From NCBI GenBank assembly GCA_016708315.1, contig JADJGC010000024.1:26638-90637 (forward strand): 64,000 nt of DNA. The letters are read 5' to 3'. The position numbers and the translations under genes are program-made. The stretch's first letter is position 1, and each line of letters begins with the position of its first letter. Below, piece after piece: positions 41,131-51,600 of the stretch. A model generated the notes under the pieces. The model ran no database searches, had not been told where the DNA came from, and worked only from the letters and a program-made list of their open reading frames with translations. This stretch comes from a bacterium (lineage in GTDB: Bacteria > Zixibacteria > MSB-5A5 > CAIYYT01).

Positions 41131-43803
41131 ATGAGCGGACAGGAAATTCCCAAGCAATATAACCCTTCCGGCGTGGAAGACCGCCTGTATGCGGACTGGC
41201 TCGCCAAGGGATACTTCCACGGCAAGGTTGATTCGCCGAAGAAGACATATAGCATTGTCATACCACCACCGAATGCGACAGATGTGCTGCATCTGGGCCA
41301 TGCGCTGAACAACACCCTCCAAGATATCATGATTCGCTGGAAGCGCCTTCAGGGCTTCGAAGTGTGTTGGCTTCCGGGCAGCGACCATGCCGGTATTGCG
41401 ACACAGGTTGTCGTTGAGAAGCTGTTGGTCAAGGAAGGCACTTCTCGCCGCGAAGTTGGCCGCGAAGAGTTTGTCCGTCGAGTTTGGGAGTATGTCGGCG
41501 CCAAGAAGGCACGCATCATGGAGCAGTTGCAGAAAGTCGGCTGTGCCTGTGATTGGTCGCGCGAGCGATTTACGCTTGATGAGCAACTTTCGGAAGCGGT
41601 GAAGGAAGTTTTCATCCGCTTGCACGAAAAGAATCTGGTCTACAAAGGCAAATACATCGTCAACTGGTGTCCGCGATGTCAGACTTCCCTGTCGGACGAC
41701 GAGGTCGAGCACCAGAGCCGAGTCTCGAAGCTGTATCATATCAAGTACAAGCTCAAGGGGCAGGATGTCTACATGATTGCCGCAACTACACGTCCGGAGA
41801 CGATGCTTGGCGACACGGCATTGGCAGTCAATCCCAAGGATGAGCGTTACCAGAAGTACATTGGCAAGACGGCGATTCTGCCGATCCTCGACCGTGAGTT
41901 GGCGATCGTCGCTGATGACTATGTTGATATCGAATTCGGTACGGGTGTCGTCAAAATCACACCGGCGCACGATCCGAATGACTTTGAAGTTTCTCAGCGT
42001 CATGATCTGGAGAAGATCAATATCCTGAATCCGGACGGTACGTTGAACGAAAACGCTGGCAAGTTCAAGGGTCAGGATATCAAGACGGCGCGCAAGTTGG
42101 TTCTGGAAGAACTCGAGAAGAAGAGCTTACTCGCCAAAGTTGAAGACTACGAACATTCGGTCGGTACTTGCTATCGCTGTTCGACCGTTGTCGAACCTTA
42201 CCTTTCGGAGCAGTGGTTTGTCCGCATGAAACCGCTGGCGAAACCGGCGATTGAAGCTTTGAAGAACGGGCAATTGCGTTTCCATCCCGATCACTGGTCG
42301 AAGACATATCTCTATTGGATGGAAAATATTCGCGACTGGTGCATTTCGCGCCAGTTGTGGTGGGGACATCGCATACCGGTGTACTACTGCCGCGAATGCA
42401 ACGAAGAGATGATTCTCAAACAGGCGCCGACTCAGTGCCGCAAGTGCAACAGCACGGATGTCTATCAGGAAGAAGATGTTCTCGATACGTGGTTTTCCTC
42501 GTGGCTGTGGCCGTTCTCGACATTTGGCTGGCCGCAGGATACTCCGGATTTACGCAAGTTCTATCCCACCGATTCACTGTTTACGGCGAGCGAGATTATT
42601 TTCCTGTGGGTCGCACGCATGGTGATGGCTGGATATGAATTCACGGACAAGCTCGTTTTCAACGATGTCTATATTCACGGTACGGTTCGCGATGCTCACG
42701 GGCAAAAGATGTCCAAGTCGAAAGGCAACGGCATCGATCCGATCGAAGTCATTAATCAGTATGGCGCGGACAGTATGCGTTTATCGTTGATTCTCTCGAC
42801 ACCGGAAGGCCAGGATCCGAACATTGCGATGAATACCTTCGAGCTGGGACGCAATTTCGGCAACAAGCTGTGGAATGCTTCACGATTCATCCTGATGAAT
42901 ATCGGCGACGACCTTGGCGAGGGCGACCTTGACACGATGCCGATTTCCGACAAGATGCCGCTGATGGATCGCTGGATTCTTTCGCGACTCAATGAGACGA
43001 TTAAGATCACCGGTGATTCGCTGACGGAGTTCAAATTCAACGCCGCCGGCAAACAGCTCTATGATTTCGTCTGGCACGACTATTGTGACTGGTACATCGA
43101 ACTGGTCAAGACGCGACTATACAACGATGACGATCCGGCGGATAAACTGCTCGCCAAACGGGTTACCGGCTATTGTCTGAACAACATTCTGATTCTGCTT
43201 CATCCATTCGCGCCGTTTATCACGGAAGAGATTTGGCATTTGCTGCACAAACTTCCGGAAGGCCAAGAGTCAATTCTCAACGCGAAGTATCCTGTCGCCG
43301 ACGAGAAGTTGATCGACCTGCAGTTGGAAGAGATGATGAACAAGCTCCAGCGCGTCGTCAATGCGATCCGCAATATTCGCGCGGAAATGAATGTTCCGCC
43401 GTCGAAGCGCGCCGAAGTGCATCTCAAGATCACCGATACTGCTCTGCGTCAGACGCTGGAAGCCAATCAGAACTATATCGTCAATCTCGGCAAGATCGAG
43501 CGGCTCGTCATCGGCGAAGATGTCAAGAAACCGCCGTTGTCAGCTTCGGCAGTGATTCCTTCGGTTGAGATCTTCATTCCGCTGGCTGGATTGATCGATA
43601 TCGATATGGAGCGCGCGCGTCTTCAAAAAGAGCTTGAGAACATAACGGGTCTTCTGGAGAAAACTCGCAAGAAGCTTGCTAATCGCGAATTCGTTGATCA
43701 GGCGCCCAAGGCGGTTGTCGAGCAACAACAGGCGAAGAAAAAAGAGTACGAAGATATCGTTGAGAAGATCAATGCCAACCTTGAGCAGTTGCTGGGATGG
43801 TAG
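41131..43803 (+). CDS. valS: Valine--tRNA ligase
   Basis: HIGH motif (PPPNATDVLHLGHAL), KMSKS motif (KMSKSKGN), editing domain and C-terminal coiled coil. ATG at 41131 with GGAAGAGAG upstream. The track ORF starts 15 nt earlier. Confidence 0.95.
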   Translation: MSGQEIPKQYNPSGVEDRLYADWLAKGYFHGKVDSPKKTYSIVIPPPNATDVLHLGHALNNTLQDIMIRWKRLQGFEVCWLPGSDHAGIATQVVVEKLLVKEGTSRREVGREEFVRRVWEYVGAKKARIMEQLQKVGCACDWSRERFTLDEQLSEAVKEVFIRLHEKNLVYKGKYIVNWCPRCQTSLSDDEVEHQSRVSKLYHIKYKLKGQDVYMIAATTRPETMLGDTALAVNPKDERYQKYIGKTAILPILDRELAIVADDYVDIEFGTGVVKITPAHDPNDFEVSQRHDLEKINILNPDGTLNENAGKFKGQDIKTARKLVLEELEKKSLLAKVEDYEHSVGTCYRCSTVVEPYLSEQWFVRMKPLAKPAIEALKNGQLRFHPDHWSKTYLYWMENIRDWCISRQLWWGHRIPVYYCRECNEEMILKQAPTQCRKCNSTDVYQEEDVLDTWFSSWLWPFSTFGWPQDTPDLRKFYPTDSLFTASEIIFLWVARMVMAGYEFTDKLVFNDVYIHGTVRDAHGQKMSKSKGNGIDPIEVINQYGADSMRLSLILSTPEGQDPNIAMNTFELGRNFGNKLWNASRFILMNIGDDLGEGDLDTMPISDKMPLMDRWILSRLNETIKITGDSLTEFKFNAAGKQLYDFVWHDYCDWYIELVKTRLYNDDDPADKLLAKRVTGYCLNNILILLHPFAPFITEEIWHLLHKLPEGQESILNAKYPVADEKLIDLQLEEMMNKLQRVVNAIRNIRAEMNVPPSKRAEVHLKITDTALRQTLEANQNYIVNLGKIERLVIGEDVKKPPLSASAVIPSVEIFIPLAGLIDIDMERARLQKELENITGLLEKTRKKLANREFVDQAPKAVVEQQQAKKKEYEDIVEKINANLEQLLGW

Positions 43804-43837
43804 CGACGCGGCGACTTCGACGCTTTAGTAACCTGAC

Positions 43838-44632
43838 CTACCGACCGATGTAACGACGGATTCCGACCCCGATTCCGGCCTCGAACGAACCGGTGTCTTC
43901 GCGAACAGTCGACCAGCGAAGATTGACATCAAGCGACGACGACTTGTCCAGCCGTATCCTGAACTGGTGAGTCAAACCACCTCTATGGTATCCACCGAAT
44001 GTAAAGGCGTGGTACATATTGAACTTCCGTCCTACCGGAAATGCCAATCCAAAATTATAGGCGCCGCCACCTGAATTCAGAGGCAGGTTCTCGTTTAGAC
44101 TAATGCCTAAGTGCATTTTGTCTGCTTTCCCGACTCGAATGTGACCGGTAATGTGCGGCATGAAATCAATCTCATCATTGAAATCACGCGGATAGCGACC
44201 AATCAATACACCTACGCCGATACCCTCATCTTCGCCTTCGTAACTAATACTGGGCGTTACCACCGCAAATGTCTGTCGTCCGACATGTTGGTCAAGATAC
44301 TTCCCCTGTTCAACATCATAGTTGCTGGAGGATGCGAGTGTAATGTCGCTGTACCATAACGCGCCGGTTACCCCTACGACAAAGGGCGATCGGGTTCTTT
44401 GCGGCACTCGCATGTACAGAGCTGCTGCGCCTTCAACGAACGTGTTGTCGACAGTACGGGGGGGACCATCGCAGCCTTCGATAACGGAAGTATATTTCCC
44501 CGTGCCACCATACAGCCCATAAACTATATCGGTCTGATTCTCGTCGCCGGAGTCAATTCCAATCGGCAGAGCGAGGACGGCGCAGACTTGAAAGAGGCGT
44601 TTACACTTCGAAGCGAATGATGATAACAACAT
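43838..44632 (-). CDS. Hypothetical secreted/outer-membrane protein (Gly/Tyr-rich; possible beta-barrel)
   Basis: N-terminal hydrophobic signal. Alternating-residue composition. No recognisable catalytic motif. Confidence 0.35.
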   Translation of the reverse strand: MLLSSFASKCKRLFQVCAVLALPIGIDSGDENQTDIVYGLYGGTGKYTSVIEGCDGPPRTVDNTFVEGAAALYMRVPQRTRSPFVVGVTGALWYSDITLASSSNYDVEQGKYLDQHVGRQTFAVVTPSISYEGEDEGIGVGVLIGRYPRDFNDEIDFMPHITGHIRVGKADKMHLGISLNENLPLNSGGGAYNFGLAFPVGRKFNMYHAFTFGGYHRGGLTHQFRIRLDKSSSLDVNLRWSTVREDTGSFEAGIGVGIRRYIGR

Positions 44633-44656
44633 TGGTCCCCCAATGTTTAGAGTGGT

Positions 44657-45028
44657 TTAGATTTCAATATAGACGATTCCATCGACGACATCAACAGGAT
44701 AAGTCTTGAGCTTGGCCCAGGCTTCGGTAAGGCACTCTCCCGTCGTGATGTCATAACGCCAGCCGTGCGCTGGGCAAGTGATGATGGTGCCGTCGATTTT
44801 GCCGTTGGCGATTGAGGCTCGCATATGTTTGCAGTCAGCTTCGAGTCCGTGCAATTTGCCATTCAGACAGAAGACTGCGACATTACGGGCAAGAATCTTG
44901 AGGGACTTGACTCCCCCTTCTTTGATTTGGTCCTTATGGCAAACTTTGAGTCTCATACTTCGATCAAGAATATGATACCGTTTATGGCCGATCGCCACCT
45001 GTAATTCTTCGAGAGCGAAAATAGCCAA
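44657..45028 (-). CDS. Small Rieske [2Fe-2S] ferredoxin-like protein (NirD-like)
   Basis: CxH (CKHMRA) and CxxH (CPAHGW) Rieske ligands 17 residues apart. Confidence 0.7.
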   Translation of the reverse strand: MAIFALEELQVAIGHKRYHILDRSMRLKVCHKDQIKEGGVKSLKILARNVAVFCLNGKLHGLEADCKHMRASIANGKIDGTIITCPAHGWRYDITTGECLTEAWAKLKTYPVDVVDGIVYIEI

Positions 45029-45224
45029 AAAGTGCGACGATTTTCATGCAACGCACTCCACAACAACAGCTTACATCGACCGAATCTTAAATAGAGGTCA
45101 ATTACGTAGTTAAAGGAGGCAGAATTGAGTCTCGATATGGGATATCGCCGACACGTCCGAGCTGTATCTCTATGTCTGCGTTTCAATTGAATCAGTCGAG
45201 AAACTGTTCAAGGAGCCAGAAATA

Positions 45225-45262
45225 CCTTGACAAATTTGAGCGAATTACCTTATTTATACCTA
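45225..45262 (+). promoter_or_regulatory. Candidate sigma70 promoter (-35 TTGACA, 17-nt spacer, -10 TTATTT/TATTTA) about 370 nt upstream of the giant gene, followed by the direct repeat AGTACTTCgcAGTACTTC
   Basis: Hexamers and the repeat (45271-45288) read directly. Implies a long 5' leader. Confidence 0.3.
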
Positions 45263-45627
45263 ATTAAGTAGTACTTCGCAGTACTTCAACAACTCTAAGA
45301 CATTTAATAGAATTTACGGTGTTCGGTGGTATGCAAACAGGCACCAGAGAATCCATGTTGCGCAAGCAAACTCTCAGTTGTGGGTTCGTGTCGTTTGTTC
45401 AACCTCGCCGGTAACTTTTTGAGATTGGAGAATATCGGGAATCTTAGGTAAAGCGCTGCAAGTTCATTTTCATACGCACGTTGCGTCCTCTCATATCCTT
45501 TGCACGTTTTCCCCCGCCGTAACGGCATTCCGCGATAGTTGATCCAATCAGAATTAGAATCGAAATGTGTCACATTGTGAAAGAATATAAGTCCTCTGCA
45601 GAACCTTTAGAAAACATTGGAGTCAAA

Positions 45628-48600
45628 ATGTCTAAACAGCTGACCAAGCTTATGATGCTTGTCATCATCGGAATGTGTTGTTTGACAATCACGCCATCGG
45701 TGTTTGCCGCCGGTGGAAACCCTGATCTTCCTGACTCGGTAATGGCGCTGATGAACAAAACTGCGCTGACCGGGGAACCATCGTTGCAGTACATATTCGA
45801 CAGCCTCGGATATGACATCAACGTTGCCACCGACGAAACCGGTATGGAGACCTTCTGTACAACGCCGGGACAAAATCTGGCGACAATTGTTATTGAAGTC
45901 GCCGGCTCCGCGGCAACTGCTCGCTCTGGTTGGTATGTTGCCAATGACACAACTCCGCTTTATCAGCTGTTTTCCGGCGGTGATGATCCGGGCGACTCGG
46001 TAACCTTCTCTGTTTCCGGAGGTGACTCCATCGGATTCTGGATGAAGCCGAGAATCGCACCAGACACCAACCGCACTTGGTACACGCAGAATTATCTCAA
46101 CTATGACGGATTTAACCACGCCAAGGTATTTCGTACCGGCGTTCCGCATGAATTCATCGTGGCTTTTGAGGACTTGCCGAACGGTGGAGACACGGACTGG
46201 AACGACTTGGTGTTCAAGGTCCGCTTCTCAAATCAGGCGCCGGTGATTACTCTCCCGGCCGATATCAATGTACTCCAATGTTCGTTGGCACAGATTTGTT
46301 TTGCAGTTAACGCTTCCGACCCCGATTGCCAGGGCGACACGATTACCGTCACCAAGCAATCAGGTCCGGGTACTTTCACACAGATCAAGCAGAAGGGTCC
46401 GGTCAGCACCAACTTCTGCTGGACTCCGGCGGCTGCAGGGACTTATCAGTTTGTTTTCAAGGTTAAAGACGAACTGAACGCTACCGATTTTGACACTATC
46501 AATGTAACGGTTACTTTGAATACGGCACCGGTTGCCAACGCAGGACGCGACTCCACCCTGTTCCAGTGCACACCGGCTCCGATTTGCATAACCGCTTCAT
46601 GCACCGATGCAAACAGCAATTTGTCGACCTGTCAATTGGTCTCAGGTCCTGGCACCTACAATGGTTCGACGATCTGTTTCACTCCCGCCTCTTCGGGAAC
46701 TTACACCCTTGTATTGAAAGCTACGGACGCGTGCGGATTGATCGACTATGATACTTCAGTCGTCAATGTCACACTCAATCAGGCTCCGATTGCGAATGCG
46801 GGTAATGACTCGACTCTCTCCCAGTGCACACCGGCACCGATTTGCGTGACTGCATCCTGCAGTGACCCGAACGGTAACCTGTCGACCTGCCAGTTGGTTT
46901 CAGGTCCGGGCACGTACAATGGCTCAGCAATTTGCTTCACACCGGCGGCGTCAGGTTCATACACCTTCGTGTTGAAGGCGACGGATGCTTGCGGATTGAC
47001 AGACTTTGATACTTCCGTTGTCAATGTGACTTTGAATCAGGCGCCAATTGCAAATGCGGGTAATGACTCGACACTCGCGCAGTGTACTCCCGCACCGATT
47101 TGCGTGACTGCATCTTGCAGCGACCCGAGCGGTAACCTCTCGACCTGCCAGTTGGTTTCCGGTCCGGGTACGTACAACGGCTCAGCGATCTGCTTCACTC
47201 CGGCAGCATCAGGTTCATACACCTTCGTGTTGAAGGCGACGGATGCTTGTGGTCTTACGGACTTCGATACTTCAGTAGTCAATGTGACACTCAATCAAGC
47301 ACCAATTGCGAATGCGGGCAACGATTCGACGTTGTTCCAGTGTACAGCGGCGCCGATTTGCGTGACTGCTTCCTGCAGTGACCCGAATGGTAACCTGTCG
47401 ACCTGTCAGCTTGTCTCTGGTCCGGGCACTTACAACGGCTCAGCGATCTGCTTCACACCGGCGGCATCAGGTTCATACACCTTCGTGTTGAAGGCGACGG
47501 ATGCTTGCGGATTGACGGACTTCGATACTTCAGTAGTGAATGTCACTCTTAATCAGGCACCGATTGCTAATGCCGGCATCGATTCGACGTTGTTCCAGTG
47601 TACTGCTGCTCCGATTTGCGTGACTGCATCCTGCAGTGATCCGAACGGTAACCTGTCGACCTGCCAGTTGGTCTCCGGTCCGGGCACCTACAACGGCTCA
47701 GCGATCTGCTTCACACCGGCGGCATCAGGTTCTTACACCTTCGTGTTGAAGGCGACGGACGCTTGCGGATTGACGGATTTCGATACGTCTGTAGTCAATG
47801 TGACTTTGAACCAAGCACCGGTTGCGAATGCGGGTAACGATTCGACACTCGCACAGTGCACTCCGGCACCGATTTGCGTGACTGCTTCCTGCAGTGATCC
47901 GAACGGTAACTTGTCGACCTGTCAGTTGGTCTCTGGTCCGGGCACTTACAACGGCTCAGCGATATGCTTCACACCGGCGGCATCAGGTTCATACACCTTC
48001 GTGTTGAAGGCGACGGATGCTTGCGGATTGACCGACTTCGATACTTCAGTAGTGAATGTCACACTCAATCAGGCGCCCGTTGCAAACGCTGGAAGTGATT
48101 CGACACTGTTCCAGTGCACGGCGGCTCCGATTTGCGTGACTGCGTCCTGCAGTGATCCGAACGGTAACCTGTCGACTTGTCAGCTTGTCTCTGGTCCGGG
48201 TACTTATAATGGCTCAGCGATCTGTTTCACGCCTGCGGCATCAGGTTCATACACCTTCGTGTTGAAGGCGACGGATGCTTGCGGGTTGACGGACTTTGAT
48301 ACTTCAGTAGTCAACGTGACTCTCAACCAGGCACCGGTTGCGAACGCCGGCAACGATTCGACGTTGTTCCAGTGTACACCCGCACCGATTTGCGTGACTG
48401 CATCCTGCAGTGATCCGAACGGTAATCTTTCGACCTGTCAGCTTGTCTCCGGTCCGGGCACCTACAACGGCTCAGCGATTTGCTTCACACCTGCGGCATC
48501 AGGAAGCTACACCTTCGTGTTGAAGGCGACGGATGCTTGCGGTCTTACGGACTTTGACACATCGGTAGTCAATGTCACACTCAATCAAGCACCGGTTGCG

Positions 48601-51600
48601 AATGCCGGCAACGATTCGACATTATTCCAGTGTACACCGGCTCCGATCTGTGTGACTGCATCCTGCAGTGACCCGAACGGCAACCTTTCGACCTGTCAGT
48701 TAGTCTCTGGTCCGGGTACCTACAACGGCTCAGCGATCTGCTTCACTCCGGCAGGTGCTGGTGTCTTCACCTTCGTTCTGAAAGCGACCGACGCTTGCGG
48801 AGCAACAGATTTTGACACTTCAGTAGTGACGGTATCACTTAACCAGCCGCCGGTAGCGAGCATGGGCAATGACTCAACGCTCTTCCAGTGCGGTGCAGCT
48901 CCGATTTGTATTCCGGCTTCGTGCTCCGATCCGAACGGTAACTTGTCGACCTGTCAGCTTGTCTCAGGTCCCGGTTCCTACAACGGCTCTGATGTCTGCT
49001 TCACTCCGGCTGGCGCTGGTGTCTTCACCTTCGTTCTGAAAGCGACCGACGCTTGCGGAGCGACGGACTTTGATACGGCAGTCGTGACGGTAGCACTCAA
49101 TCTTCCGCCGGTAGCCAATGCAGGACGCGATTCGACGCTGTTCCAGTGTGCTCCGGCGCAGATCTGCATCACGGCAGGCTGCAGTGATCCCGATGCCAAT
49201 CTTACCAATTGCGAATTGACTTCCGGTCCGGGAACGCTTAACGGCGGCGGCATCTGCTTCACGCCGGCAGCTTCCGGAATCTATACCTTTATAGTGAAAG
49301 CGACTGATGCTTGCGGTTTGACCGACTTCGATACCTCGGTAGTCAACGTCACGCTGAATCAAGCTCCGGTTGCGACGGTCGGAAACGACTCGACCTTGTT
49401 CCAGTGCACACCGGCTCCGATCTGTATCGCTGCCGCTTGCAGCGATCCGAACGGCAACTTGTCAACTTGTCAGTTAGTCTCAGGTCCGGGCACCTACAAT
49501 GGCTCGACGATCTGCTTCACGCCGGCATCTTCGGGAAGCTATACCTTGGTTCTCAAAGCCACGGATGCTTGCGGATTGACGGACTTCGATACGTCAGTCG
49601 TCAATGTCACACTTAACGTGGCACCGATTGCCAATGCTGGACGCGACTCGACGTTGTTCCAGTGTACACCGGCACCGATTTGCATTGCGGCTTCGTGCAG
49701 TGATGCCAATGCAAACTTGTCGACCTGCAACTTGATCTCCGGACCGGGCACCTACAACGGTTCGCAGATTTGCTTCACACCGGCGGGTGCAGGCACTTTC
49801 ACTTTCGTACTGCAAGCAACCGATGCTTGTGGAGCGACTGATCTTGATACTTCGGTGGTGACGGTGACAACAAACGTTGCGCCGATTGCAAACTGCCACG
49901 GCGATACAACAATTTTTGCGTGCAGCCTTGCGCAGATCTGCATTCCGGGATTCAGCGTAAGTGACGCCAATAACAACATCACAACGACGGTTGTCACGGG
50001 CGGCACACTCAATGCCGGATCAGTCTGCTTGACTCCAGTTGTTGGAGCGAACAATATCAGACTAATCGTTACGGACGCCTGCGGACTGGCGGATACTTGC
50101 CAGACAATCGTGACCGTAGTTCTCAATGCCGCGCCGGTAGCAAATGCCGGAGCTGATCAAAATCTGCTGTGCCAGACACCTGGGCAGTCGATCTGCTGGG
50201 CGGCAAGCTGTACCGATCCGAATAGCAACCTGACAGATTGCTCGCTGGTCTCGGGTCCGGGTACTTACAACGGCACACAGATTTGCTTCACACCAGCGTC
50301 GAGCGGCACCTTCTCATTCGTGCTTAAAGCAACCGATGCCTGCGGAGCTACTGATTTTGATACCGCGGTAGTCACCGTCAGATTGAACAACGCCCCGACG
50401 GCTTCGGTAGATCAGGGTGACACCACGATCTTCTGCAGCGAAACTGGCCCGATGCAGATTTGCGTGCCTTTCAGCTATGCTGACATGAACGGTAATGTGC
50501 AGAGTGTCAGTGTCAATCCGGCGCCGACGACGTTGAACTTCGCCAACGGCTCCGGGCTGTTCTGCTTCACACCCGCGAACGCATTTGATGATATCTATAG
50601 CTACACGGTTACAGTGACCGACAGTTGCGGATTGATTGCTCAATCGACGCACACCCGCTGGGTACGCTTCATCGATTGTGATACGGCGACGTGCTTTATT
50701 GTCAAGACCGAGAAGACGCACAATACCCTTCAGGGTCACTATGAATTCGTTTCAGTCACCATCGAAGGCGCCGGTCAGGAATTTGGCGGCTTTGATTTCT
50801 TGATGAGTTACGACAACTCTGCATTGAACTTCGTCGAAGCGAAGCCCGGTGACATGCTGACAACTTGCGGTTGGGAGTATTTCACCTATCGCTACGGCGC
50901 ACAGGGTAATTGCAACGGTTCGTGCCCGTCAGGATTGGTCAGAATCGTTTCGGTTGCCGACGCCAATAACGGCGCCAACCATCCGAGCTGCTTTGGTCCG
51001 GCGTTGCCGTCACCGCAAGAGTTGTTTGTATTGAAGTTCCTCGTCACCAATGACAGAACGTTCGAATGTCAGTACGTACCGGTCAGCTTCTTCTGGCTCG
51101 ATTGCGGCGACAACGCGATTTCGACTGTCACCGGCGACACGCTGTATCTCGAAAAGCGCATCTTCTCATTCGAAGGCAACGCAGTTTGGGATGAGTTTGA
51201 TGACGCGCTCTTCCCCGAGCACTCACGTCCGTTTGGTGTCGGAGCGTTGGACTTCTGTATGCTTGGCGACAAGTATGAGCCGATTCGCTGTATCGAATTC
51301 TGGATAGGCGGTATTGACATCGTCTGCGCCGATTCAATTGACGCGCCCGGCGACTTGAACCTTAACGGTATCGGATACGAAATCGCCGACGCCGTTATGT
51401 ACACGAACTACTTCCTGTACGGTCTCGCGGCTCTTGATCCGGATCCGATGCGTCGCGAAGCACAGATTGCGGCATCGGATGTCAACCGCGACGGCAGCAG
51501 CCTTTCGGTCGGCGATCTGGTTTACCTGATCCGAGTAGTTGTCGGCGACGCCCTTCCATTCAATAAACTGACGCCGTTTGCCAATAGCGTCATCGTGAAG

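Noticed and set aside
44657-45028. Functional coupling of the Rieske protein and OMP-like gene to the giant adhesin as a redox-linked surface system
   Set aside because: Adjacency only. The genes are on the opposite strand with their own spacing, and small NirD-like Rieske proteins are common. No sequence evidence for linkage.
45304-45573. 89-aa minus-strand ORF upstream of the giant gene as a real regulator gene
   Set aside because: No recognisable domain and no RBS. It lies within the probable leader or promoter region of the giant gene. Listed only as part of the control-region observation.
46240-50640. CRISPR array
   Set aside because: The repeats are 240 bp, in-frame and protein-coding with no spacer/repeat alternation. 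No cas genes in the window.
46779-50739. Multiple 70-141-aa minus-strand ORFs (for example 46779..47024, 47037..47294, 48964..49362, 49752..50126, 50314..50739) inside the giant gene
   Set aside because: They are antisense to a highly repetitive coding region and repeat with the same 240-bp period. Their similar sequences reflect the repeat, not selection. No start or RBS context.
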